Assembly: GCF_001945605.1 (NCBI RefSeq)
Contig: NZ_MPKA01000069.1
Coordinates: forward strand, 1 to 14,281
DNA: 14,281 bases
Origin: Dubosiella newyorkensis
GTDB taxonomy: Bacteria > Bacillota_I > Bacilli_A > Erysipelotrichales > Erysipelotrichaceae
Direction: 5' to 3'
This document shows positions 7,432-14,182 of this stretch, in pieces; position 1 is the first letter of the stretch, and each line of letters starts with the position of its first letter. The position numbers and the translations under genes are program-made. A model generated the notes under the pieces. The model worked only from the letters and a program-made list of their open reading frames with translations. It made no database searches and was not told the DNA's origin.

Positions 7432-8337
7432 ATGCTGATCCAAGAAAAGTTAAAGAAGGAAGACTTCTCCGCCTCGCAAAGAGCAGTGGCGGACTATATT
7501 TTAAAACAAGGCCTAGAAATCAAAGATATGACCGTGAGAATGATCGCGAAAGCGACATATACTTCGAGCGCGACATTGATCCGGATCGCTCATAAGCTTG
7601 GATACACTGGATGGGAAGAGCTCAAACATGATTTTTTGGAGGAACAAAAATACTTGCAGTCTCATTTTGCTCATGTGGATGCCAATCTTCCTTTTCAAGA
7701 AAGCGATTCGCCGACTTCGATCGTACATAAGATCGCCACGTTGGAAAAAGAAGCGATCGACGACACCTTAAGCTTAATCGATCAAGACGAACTCGAGCAA
7801 GTTGTCGATATTCTCATGGATGCGCGCACGATCAATATCATGGGCATGAACAACACCGTCTATCAAGCGGAAGAATTTGTGATCAAAATGGGCCGCATCG
7901 GTTATCACGCCTTCTTTCAATCCCCGAATGGCGAAGGCGCTTATAATGGCACCTTATACGAAAAAGACTCCTGTTTGATCATTTTATCGTATACAGGAGA
8001 AACTTCCAAATTTTTACAGATCGCGCAAGAATGCAAACAACAGCGTGTCCCGGTGATCGCGATCACATCTCTTGGGGATAATTCTTTATCCAAGCTGTGC
8101 GACTATACATTGCGCATCTGCACGCGAGAAAAACAATATTCCAAGATTTCTTGGTTTACACTCGATGTAGCGAATAATTTCATTCTCAATGTTTTATATT
8201 CGCTCATTTTCGCGCATGATTATGAAAAGAACCTCCGCTACAAGATCGAGCACGCAAAAAAGATCGAAGTCAACCGCAAAGCGAGTTCTTCGATCATTAT
8301 CGAGGATCTAGACAATTCCTTCGATCAAGATTTTTAA
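7432..8337 (+). CDS. MurR/RpiR-family transcriptional regulator (N-terminal HTH_6 plus C-terminal SIS sugar-phosphate-binding domain)
   Basis: The N-terminus, MLIQEKLKKEDFSASQRAVADYILKQGLEIKDMTVRMIAKATYTSSATLIRIAHKLGYTGWEELK, is a typical RpiR HTH. The SIS-like core includes INIMGMNNTVYQAEEFVIKM...LIILSYTGETSKFLQIAQECKQQRVPVIAITS. The start is set at ATG 7432. The ORF-track GTG at 7375 only adds a non-homologous extension. Confidence 0.85.
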   Translation: MLIQEKLKKEDFSASQRAVADYILKQGLEIKDMTVRMIAKATYTSSATLIRIAHKLGYTGWEELKHDFLEEQKYLQSHFAHVDANLPFQESDSPTSIVHKIATLEKEAIDDTLSLIDQDELEQVVDILMDARTINIMGMNNTVYQAEEFVIKMGRIGYHAFFQSPNGEGAYNGTLYEKDSCLIILSYTGETSKFLQIAQECKQQRVPVIAITSLGDNSLSKLCDYTLRICTREKQYSKISWFTLDVANNFILNVLYSLIFAHDYEKNLRYKIEHAKKIEVNRKASSSIIIEDLDNSFDQDF

Positions 8338-8859
8338 ACCGATCAAAACAAGCACGATGCTTCCGCATAGGGTTGCCTTCGAATGATATTTGGCGCCAAA
8401 CAAGCTGCCGATCTTCGTGCCAATCGCCGAGAAAGCGAAAGTCACCGCTCCGATCATCGTAATGGCAGGAAAAATAGACACGCTCATAAACGCGAAGCTC
8501 ACCCCTACGGCTAACGCGTCGATGCTCGTGGCGATCGCTAAGACGAGCATTGATTTCCACCCGATCTCAGGATCGATCGACTCTTCTTCATGAAAGGAAT
8601 CCCAGATCATTTTGCCACCGATCATCGACAACAAAATAAAGGCGATCCAGTGATCGAATTGTTCCAGCCAGCCACTTGCCAGCTGGGCGAAACAATATCC
8701 AAGAAACGGCATCAAGCCTTGAAAGATCCCGAACCACGCGCCAAACCATGTCATCTGTTTCCAGGTGACTTTTTTTAATGACAAGCCTTTCGCGATCGAT
8801 ACCGCAAAAGCGTCCATCGAAAGCGAAAGGGCGATCAAAAACAATTCAATCCAACTCAA
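8308..8859 (-). CDS. mntP: Manganese efflux pump MntP (DUF204 family)
   Basis: Two DUF204 half-repeats are present, with LSLSMDAFAVSIAKG and IATSIDALAVGVSF. About 6 TM segments are predicted and the product is 183 aa. The start is set at TTG 8859, preceded by AGGAGA with a 6-nt gap. The ORF-track start at 8892 lacks an RBS and adds a KKRR tail. Confidence 0.82.
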   Translation of the reverse strand: MSWIELFLIALSLSMDAFAVSIAKGLSLKKVTWKQMTWFGAWFGIFQGLMPFLGYCFAQLASGWLEQFDHWIAFILLSMIGGKMIWDSFHEEESIDPEIGWKSMLVLAIATSIDALAVGVSFAFMSVSIFPAITMIGAVTFAFSAIGTKIGSLFGAKYHSKATLCGSIVLVLIGLKILIEGIV

Positions 8860-10204
8860 GATAGATCTCCTTTTTTTCCGGGAACCAATCAAGTTTCATG
8901 TAGTTCCACGACAAGAATAGGCTGCTTCCAAGCCACGTGATTGGATAAACCCAACATAAAAAAGAATATACATGATAATGCGGCAATACAAAAAGCAAGA
9001 TGATCACTCTAAGAAGGCCCCAATTGAGCACATAGCCAAGCATCGAGATCATCGGTTTCCCGGCACCACGAAAGATTGCAGCCAGACAATGGGTCAGCCC
9101 ACAGAACGGATAAAACCAAAGCGTGATCTTCGCGCGCAAAAGCCCATACGAGATCGTTTGCGGATCGCTCGAAAAAATCTGCATCAAAGACTCGCTGTTC
9201 CATAAAAGCAGCATTCCTAAGACAAAGGAAGAAATCCCCATCATGAGCAAGCCAAATCGACACCCTTCCATCGTTCTCTTCTTTTGCATAGCGCCCACAT
9301 TTTGGGCTGTAAAAGTTCCCACCGCTTGGCAAAAGGCGGTGATCGGCAAAAAGCTGAATCCTTCGATCGAAGCAAAAGCGCCAGTTGCCGCCATCGCGAT
9401 CGAACCGAATGTATTAATAAAACCTTGCACGATCGTATTGGCAAACGATACAGCGGAAGATTCGATCGCTCCAGGAAATCCGATCTTCAGGATATCATCG
9501 ATCACTTCTTTTTGAAGTCGGACCTTAGAGCGTTCCAGCCTCCATTTGGCTTTCGAGTTCAGAAGCTGGAGCATCAGTCCAATTCCTGTCAGCCATTCTG
9601 CAATTACTGTCGCAAGGGCCGCGCCCCAAACATCGGTATGAAACACGAGAATAAAAGTGAGATCGAGCGCGATGTTGATGAAAGAAGAAAGGATCAAATA
9701 ATACAAAGGTGTTTTCGCGTCGCCTATCGCCTGATAGATGGCGCTTCCCATATTGAACAAGAGGATACCCCCAGCACCTGCGATATACAAGCTTAAATAG
9801 GAATACGATTGGTCAAAGACATCTTGAGGCGTCTGCATCCATATCAAGATCGGTTTGCAGATCAATGGGGCGAGCCCGATAAACACGAAGCTTACGATCC
9901 AACACATCGCATAAGCGTTTCCTTCCAAGATTTGAAGGCGTTCCCAGTTTCGAGCGCCAAATGCTTGTCCGATCAAAACGCTAGCGCCCATGCCGATCCC
10001 AAACATGAATGAAGTGATCAGCCACGCGATATTTTCACAATTGCTTAGCGCGGCTAGCGCTCCATCGCCCAAAAATCTTGAGACGATCAGCGTATCGATC
10101 ACGATATACATTTGTTGAAATAGCGAGGATAAAAAAACAGGCCAAGCAAAGCGAAGAAGCATGCTTGGTATTTTTCCAGTGGTCATGTCTAATGTCTTTT
10201 CCAT
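8846..10204 (-). CDS. MATE-family efflux transporter
   Basis: The 452-aa product has about 12 TM segments. The MatE signature N-terminus is LLRFAWPVFLSSLFQQMYIVIDTLIVSRFLGDGALAALS, and a second repeat lies around ILKIGFPGAIESSAVSFANTIVQGFINTFGS. A GGAGGG RBS precedes ATG 10204. Confidence 0.9.
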   Translation of the reverse strand: MEKTLDMTTGKIPSMLLRFAWPVFLSSLFQQMYIVIDTLIVSRFLGDGALAALSNCENIAWLITSFMFGIGMGASVLIGQAFGARNWERLQILEGNAYAMCWIVSFVFIGLAPLICKPILIWMQTPQDVFDQSYSYLSLYIAGAGGILLFNMGSAIYQAIGDAKTPLYYLILSSFINIALDLTFILVFHTDVWGAALATVIAEWLTGIGLMLQLLNSKAKWRLERSKVRLQKEVIDDILKIGFPGAIESSAVSFANTIVQGFINTFGSIAMAATGAFASIEGFSFLPITAFCQAVGTFTAQNVGAMQKKRTMEGCRFGLLMMGISSFVLGMLLLWNSESLMQIFSSDPQTISYGLLRAKITLWFYPFCGLTHCLAAIFRGAGKPMISMLGYVLNWGLLRVIILLFVLPHYHVYSFLCWVYPITWLGSSLFLSWNYMKLDWFPEKKEIYLELD

Positions 10205-10228
10205 CTACATTCCCTCCATAATGTATTT

Positions 10229-10256
10229 ATTATAATTCTTTTTATAGGGTATTCAA
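10229..10256 (-). promoter_or_regulatory. Candidate sigma-A promoter for the MATE-mntP operon
   Basis: Minus strand: TTGAAT (-35), 16-nt spacer, TATAAT (-10). The -10 ends about 25 nt upstream of ATG 10204. Confidence 0.4.
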
Positions 10257-10257
10257 A

Positions 10258-10286
10258 GTGAAGAAAAACGAAGGATTCCGTATAAT
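10258..10286 (+). promoter_or_regulatory. Candidate promoter for the P-type ATPase (-10 only)
   Basis: A perfect TATAAT lies at 10281-10286, 27 nt before the GTG start. No convincing -35 was found. Confidence 0.3.
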
Positions 10287-10312
10287 TTAAGAGGTTTTAA
10301 AGGAGGATTCTT

Positions 10313-12946
10313 GTGCAATATTATCACCAACCTATAGATGTCGTACTCAAAGAACTCGATGTCAGCTTCCGTGACGGTTTAACTAGCGAGCAAGTTGAAA
10401 AAAGACTTCAACAGTACGGGCTCAATAAGCTGAAGGAAGCGAAGAAGAAATCAAATTTTCAGCGCTTTCTTGATCAGCTTAAAGATCCAATGATCTTGAT
10501 TTTGTTAGTAGCGGCTGTCATTTCGTTCATTCTAGCCATTATTGAAAATGATCCTAAAAGCTTTTTTGAACCGATTTTGATTTTAGTGATCGTCATCTTG
10601 AACGCGATCATTGGGGTTCTTCAAGAAAATAAAGCCGAAAACGCCTTGAATGCCCTCAAAAAGATGACGACGCTGCAAGCGCGCGTCATCCGCAATGGCA
10701 AAGAGGAACTCATTAATGCGGAGGATCTTGTTCCTGGAGATCTGATCCGGCTAGAGGCCGGAGATGTCGTTCCAGCCGATGCCCGCTTGATTCGAAGCGT
10801 TTCATTAAAAAGCGAAGAGTCGGCTCTTACTGGAGAGTCTGTTCCAAGCGAAAAAGACGCCGAAGCGATCGTCAAGAAAAACGCGCCTTTAGGGGATCGG
10901 ATCGACATGGTCTATTCAGGCTGTTCGATCACATATGGAACTGGCTTGGCGATCGTGACAGCCACCGGCATGGATACCGAGATGGGCAAGATCGCCAATT
11001 TGCTCAACGAAGCGGATAACGCGCAAACCCCGCTGCAATTAAAATTAGCGCAGCTTGGTAAATATCTTGGTATTTTGGCTCTGGCGTGCTGCGCAATCAT
11101 CTTTGTGGTTGGCTTGCTCAATGGTCAGCAGCCAATGGAGCTGTTCTTGACTTCGATCTCATTAGCTGTCGCGGCCATACCAGAAGGCCTTCCGGCGATC
11201 GTTACGGTCGTTCTTTCGATCGGCGTAACAAAGCTCGCCAAAAAACAAGCGATCATTCGGAATTTGCCTGCTGTTGAGACTTTAGGTTCGGCTTCGGTCA
11301 TTTGCTCGGATAAAACAGGAACCTTGACCCAAAACAAAATGACGCTTGTCAAAGCATGGGTTGATGGCGACCAAGACATCGTAGATATCACGACCGACGA
11401 TCCAAAAGAGATCAAAGAGCTCTTGAAGCTAGGCACGCTTTGCTCCGATGGTTCGATCGTCTTTGTGGATGGGAAAGAAACTTCGATCGGCGACCCGACC
11501 GAAACTTCGATCATTTCCGCGGCACGCAAAAATGGAATGACAAAAGAAGAGCTCAACAAAAAATATCCTCGTCTTGGTGAAGTTCCATTTGATTCGGATC
11601 GCAAGCTCATGAGCACGATCAACAAAATGGATGACAAGCTTGTCGTGATCACAAAAGGCGCTCTTGATTCTTTGATTCCTCGCCTTGCTTCAGGGGATGT
11701 AGAAAAAGCGAAAGCGCTCAATGAGCAAATGTCGAAAAACGCGCTTCGCGTCTTGGCGATCGCTTCTAAAGAGATCGATGCTTTGCCTGATCAGATCAAT
11801 AGTGAAAGCATCGAGCACGATCTGCATTTAAAAGGACTCGTGGCGATGATCGATCCGGCCAGACCAGAAGCCAAAGAAGCGGTTGCTCTTTGTAAAAAGG
11901 CTGGCATTCGTCCGATCATGATCACGGGCGATCATGTGATCACGGCTTCCGCGATCGCGAAAGAGCTTGGAATCTTGAATCCAGGCGATCTTGCGATCAC
12001 TGGGGTCGAACTCGATGATATGAGCGATTCAGAGCTGGATGGCAAGATCGATCAAATTTCTGTCTATGCACGTGTTTCGCCAGAAAACAAGATCCGGATC
12101 GTCAAAGGCTGGCAGCGAAAAAATCAAGTTGTCGCTATGACGGGGGATGGTGTTAATGACGCGCCAGCGCTAAAAGCAGCCGACATTGGCTGCGCGATGG
12201 GGATCACAGGTACGGAGGTTGCCAAAGGGGCAAGCGATATGGTCTTGATGGATGACAACTTTGCCACCATCGTTTACGCAGTCAAAGAAGGCCGTGGTAT
12301 TTACGCCAACATCAAAAAGGTCATCGGTTACTTGCTTGGAACAAATATTGGAGAAGTCGTAACGGTCTTTATGGCGATGCTTCTCTTCCACGAGTCTCCT
12401 TTAGCTTCGATGCAGCTTTTATGGATCAACCTCGTCACGGATTCGCTTCCTGCGATCGCCTTAGGGATGGAGCCCGTAGAAAAAGATGTGATGGATCAAA
12501 AACCAAAGCCAAAAAACGAAGGAATCTTCGCGCATGGATTTGGTGTGCGGATCATTTTGCAAGGGATCATGTTTGGTGGTTTAGCGCTTCTCTCGTTCTG
12601 GATCGGTTTAAAGACGACGGATACGCTTCGTGGCGCGGAAACGATGTGTTTCATTACCTTAGCTCTTTCCCAAATCGTACAAGCCTTCAATATGCGTAGC
12701 GAACATTCTTTATTCAAGATTGGACCATTTGGAAACAAACGTCTCAACGGGGCCGCTCTGCTCTCGCTTTTCTTAGTGATGCTGATTATCTTTACTCCAC
12801 TCAATATCCCATTCAATTTGGAGATCTTACCTTGGAACGATTTCTTTATCGCTTTAGCACTGGCTTTTGTGCCTCTTGTCGTGATGGAACTTTCCAAAGC
12901 GTTCGGCTTGATCAAACATGCCGAAGCGAAAGAATACAACAAATAG
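10313..12946 (+). CDS. P2-type (SERCA/PMCA-like) calcium-translocating P-type ATPase
   Basis: All hallmark motifs are present: LTGESVP (A domain), ICSDKTGTLT (phosphorylation site), KGA, DPARPE, MITGDH, TGDGVNDAPALKAADIG, M4 IPEGLP, M5 TNIGEV and M6 WINLVTD. The start is GTG 10313, preceded by AAAGGAGG. Confidence 0.9.
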   Translation: MQYYHQPIDVVLKELDVSFRDGLTSEQVEKRLQQYGLNKLKEAKKKSNFQRFLDQLKDPMILILLVAAVISFILAIIENDPKSFFEPILILVIVILNAIIGVLQENKAENALNALKKMTTLQARVIRNGKEELINAEDLVPGDLIRLEAGDVVPADARLIRSVSLKSEESALTGESVPSEKDAEAIVKKNAPLGDRIDMVYSGCSITYGTGLAIVTATGMDTEMGKIANLLNEADNAQTPLQLKLAQLGKYLGILALACCAIIFVVGLLNGQQPMELFLTSISLAVAAIPEGLPAIVTVVLSIGVTKLAKKQAIIRNLPAVETLGSASVICSDKTGTLTQNKMTLVKAWVDGDQDIVDITTDDPKEIKELLKLGTLCSDGSIVFVDGKETSIGDPTETSIISAARKNGMTKEELNKKYPRLGEVPFDSDRKLMSTINKMDDKLVVITKGALDSLIPRLASGDVEKAKALNEQMSKNALRVLAIASKEIDALPDQINSESIEHDLHLKGLVAMIDPARPEAKEAVALCKKAGIRPIMITGDHVITASAIAKELGILNPGDLAITGVELDDMSDSELDGKIDQISVYARVSPENKIRIVKGWQRKNQVVAMTGDGVNDAPALKAADIGCAMGITGTEVAKGASDMVLMDDNFATIVYAVKEGRGIYANIKKVIGYLLGTNIGEVVTVFMAMLLFHESPLASMQLLWINLVTDSLPAIALGMEPVEKDVMDQKPKPKNEGIFAHGFGVRIILQGIMFGGLALLSFWIGLKTTDTLRGAETMCFITLALSQIVQAFNMRSEHSLFKIGPFGNKRLNGAALLSLFLVMLIIFTPLNIPFNLEILPWNDFFIALALAFVPLVVMELSKAFGLIKHAEAKEYNK

Positions 12947-12959
12947 ATCCATTTCCAAT

Positions 12960-12990
12960 AAAAAGCAATCCTGCTCGGGATTGCTTTTTT
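12960..12990 (+). terminator. Rho-independent terminator, bidirectional in form
   Basis: AAAAAGCAATCC-TGCTCG-GGATTGCTTTTTT. The G/C-containing stem is flanked by an A-run upstream and a T-run downstream, 14 nt after the ATPase TAG stop. It could also terminate the convergent DUF1016 remnant. Confidence 0.7.
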
Positions 12991-13061
12991 GTCATTTATA
13001 GTTCTTTTTTCTTCAAGACGCGGATGCTAAAATACATCGATGCTCTGTCTACATTCGGTAT

Positions 13062-13676
13062 TCACTCTTTATCTCCTAGATCGTATTGCCGATAAAACAT
13101 CATTTTCTGGGTCTCAATTTCATTTCTTAATTCTTCTTCTGTTGGCAGATACAATTTGTATTTGCTGGCGAATAACTGTTCATTTCCCTTTAGGATTGAA
13201 TACCGGGCAATGTCTTCATCCGTATCTGAACAAAGAATGATACCGATCGTGGGATTGTCTCCTTTTGTCCGTTTCAATTCATCGTACATACGGACATACA
13301 TATCCATCTGTCCTACGTCCTGATGAGTAACCTGACTTGTTTTCAGATCGATCAACACAAAGCATTTCAAAATGTAATTGTAGAAAACTAAATCAATATA
13401 ATAGTCCTGTTTGTCCGTATGGATATGCTGCTGTCGAGCAACAAACGCATATCCCTTTCCAAGTTCCATCAAAAATTTCTGCAAATTTGTAATGATGCTT
13501 TTTTCTAGATCCGATTCTGAGAAATCGGTATTGTTTGTATATCCTAAAAACTCAGCAATAACAGGATTTTTGATGAACTCCAGTTTGTTTTTTTGATAGT
13601 CTGCTGTTAAGACTTTCATTAAACTATACCCATAAAAGTGGACACGGTTTTTAGTAGAAGAAAAAGCATTGGGCAC
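13062..13676 (-). pseudogene. YhcG-like PDDEXK nuclease (DUF1016), C-terminal part only; N-terminal domain missing
   Basis: The segment IKNPVIAEFLGYTNNTDFSESDLEKSIITNLQKFLMELGKGYAFVARQQHIHTDKQDYYIDLVFYNYILKCFVLIDLKTSQVTHQDVGQMDMYVRMYD...NPTIGIILCSD...FASKYKLYLPTEEEL matches the DUF1016 nuclease core (D...IDLK...Q). Family members are usually about 330-370 aa. Here the frame is closed by a TAA immediately upstream of a GTG at 13676, and the IS3 end follows within about 40 nt. Confidence 0.65.
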
Positions 13677-13813
13677 TTAATTAGTAAGTCCCGATAAAAC
13701 GCACTTGAAATTAATATGTTCGCGTTTTGTAGACATTTTCTATTTCCACCTTACACTTGAAGCGATTCAGTGAGATACTATTCTGGACAGACTTCCTAAG
13801 GAGATCACAACAT

Positions 13814-14182
13814 ATGAATAGAAACTATTTCACTGAAGAACAGATCAAGCAGCTCAAATCGAATGCTTATACCAAATACGTATCACCCAAGACTTTGAAA
13901 TTCACCGACGAATTCAAAGAACTGTTTCTGGAAAAATACCTTCAGGGATTTTCTCCAAAAGAAATCTTCATAGAAGCTGGCTATGACCCTCTCGTTGTCG
14001 GAGAAAGACGAATGGCAAATACGGCTTTTCTCGTGATGAAAAAGGATTCGGAAGTAAAAAAATCAACAGAAGATTCCGAAGTCAAACATTTGAAATCCGA
14101 AGTAAAAGCCTTGCGCAAAGAGCTGGAAACATTAAAAAAAATTATAGCTCTGGGCAGCTCGCCAAAATCGAAGGACTTCTGA
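13814..14182 (+). CDS. IS3-family transposase OrfA (HTH DNA-binding protein with C-terminal leucine-zipper-like helix)
   Basis: ATG 13814 is preceded by AAGGAG at 13798-13803. The product, MNRNYFTEEQIKQLKSNAYTKYVSPKTLKFTDEFKELFLEKYLQGFSPKEIFIEAGYDP...LKSEVKALRKELETLKKI, resembles OrfA of Firmicute IS3-family elements. The ORF-track start at 13757 is an upstream extension without an RBS. Confidence 0.8.
   Translation: MNRNYFTEEQIKQLKSNAYTKYVSPKTLKFTDEFKELFLEKYLQGFSPKEIFIEAGYDPLVVGERRMANTAFLVMKKDSEVKKSTEDSEVKHLKSEVKALRKELETLKKIIALGSSPKSKDF
14134..14140 (+). other. Programmed -1 ribosomal frameshift heptamer (A AAA AAA) for OrfAB fusion
   Basis: The A8 run at 14134-14141 reads tt[A AAA AAA] in the OrfA zero frame. 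The -1 frame is open from here (KKNYSSGQLAKIEGLLMNRPSEKF...) to the window end, and it is the frame of OrfB. Confidence 0.55.

Noticed and set aside
7356-7595. 79-aa ORF starting at TTG 7356, 5 nt after a strong SD-like GGAGGA, overlapping the rpiR 5' end in another frame
   Set aside because: - The product is Arg-rich with no recognisable fold or motif.
- It overlaps 164 nt of a well-supported regulator gene.
- The GGAGGA is at least as well explained as the complement of an anti-SD box in the minus-strand MFS leader.

I am not fully certain here. Ribosome profiling would settle it.
8860-8892. ORF-track TTG start at 8892 for mntP
   Set aside because: - It has no RBS.
- It adds an atypical basic tail (MIGSRKKRRSIL).
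- It would overlap the MATE gene by 47 nt. TTG 8859 has an AGGAGA at ideal spacing and gives the usual MntP N-terminus.
9009-10012. ORFs of 67-170 aa overlapping the MATE gene: antisense on the plus strand at 9123-9515, 9284-9796 and 9809-10012, and out of frame on the same strand at 9009-9332 and 9241-9444
   Set aside because: - The MATE frame gives a coherent 12-TM transporter.
- The alternative frames are Arg/Ser-rich with no motifs and no start signals.
10205-10312. Fur/Zur/PerR- or MntR-type operator, or a yybP-ykoY riboswitch, upstream of the MATE-mntP operon and the ATPase
   Set aside because: - The ATAAT-N6-ATTAT dyad has the wrong spacing for 7-1-7 Fur-family boxes.
- 108 bp shared by two promoters leaves no room for a riboswitch aptamer of 100 nt or more.
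- I saw none of its conserved motifs.
10621-12942. Long minus-strand ORFs inside the P-type ATPase gene (10621-10908, 10912-11121, 11125-11721 of 198 aa, 12170-12391, 12496-12942 of 148 aa)
   Set aside because: - The plus-strand frame contains every P-type ATPase hallmark motif in the correct order.
- The antisense ORFs are Ser/Pro/Ala-rich shadows with no RBS.
13758-13790. Alternative IS3 left terminus TGAAGCGATTCAGTGAGATACTATTCTGG at 13758
   Set aside because: - It begins with TG like many IS3 inverted repeats.
- By eye it aligns worse with the reverse complement of the 299 terminus than the 13717 candidate does.

I keep it as a stated uncertainty in the mobile-element boundary.
14041-14110. 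Short threefold nucleotide/peptide repeat (TCCGAAGTnAAA; SEVK) inside IS3 OrfA
   Set aside because: It is a small in-frame coding repeat within the charged linker and zipper region of OrfA. There is no evidence for any role beyond protein sequence.
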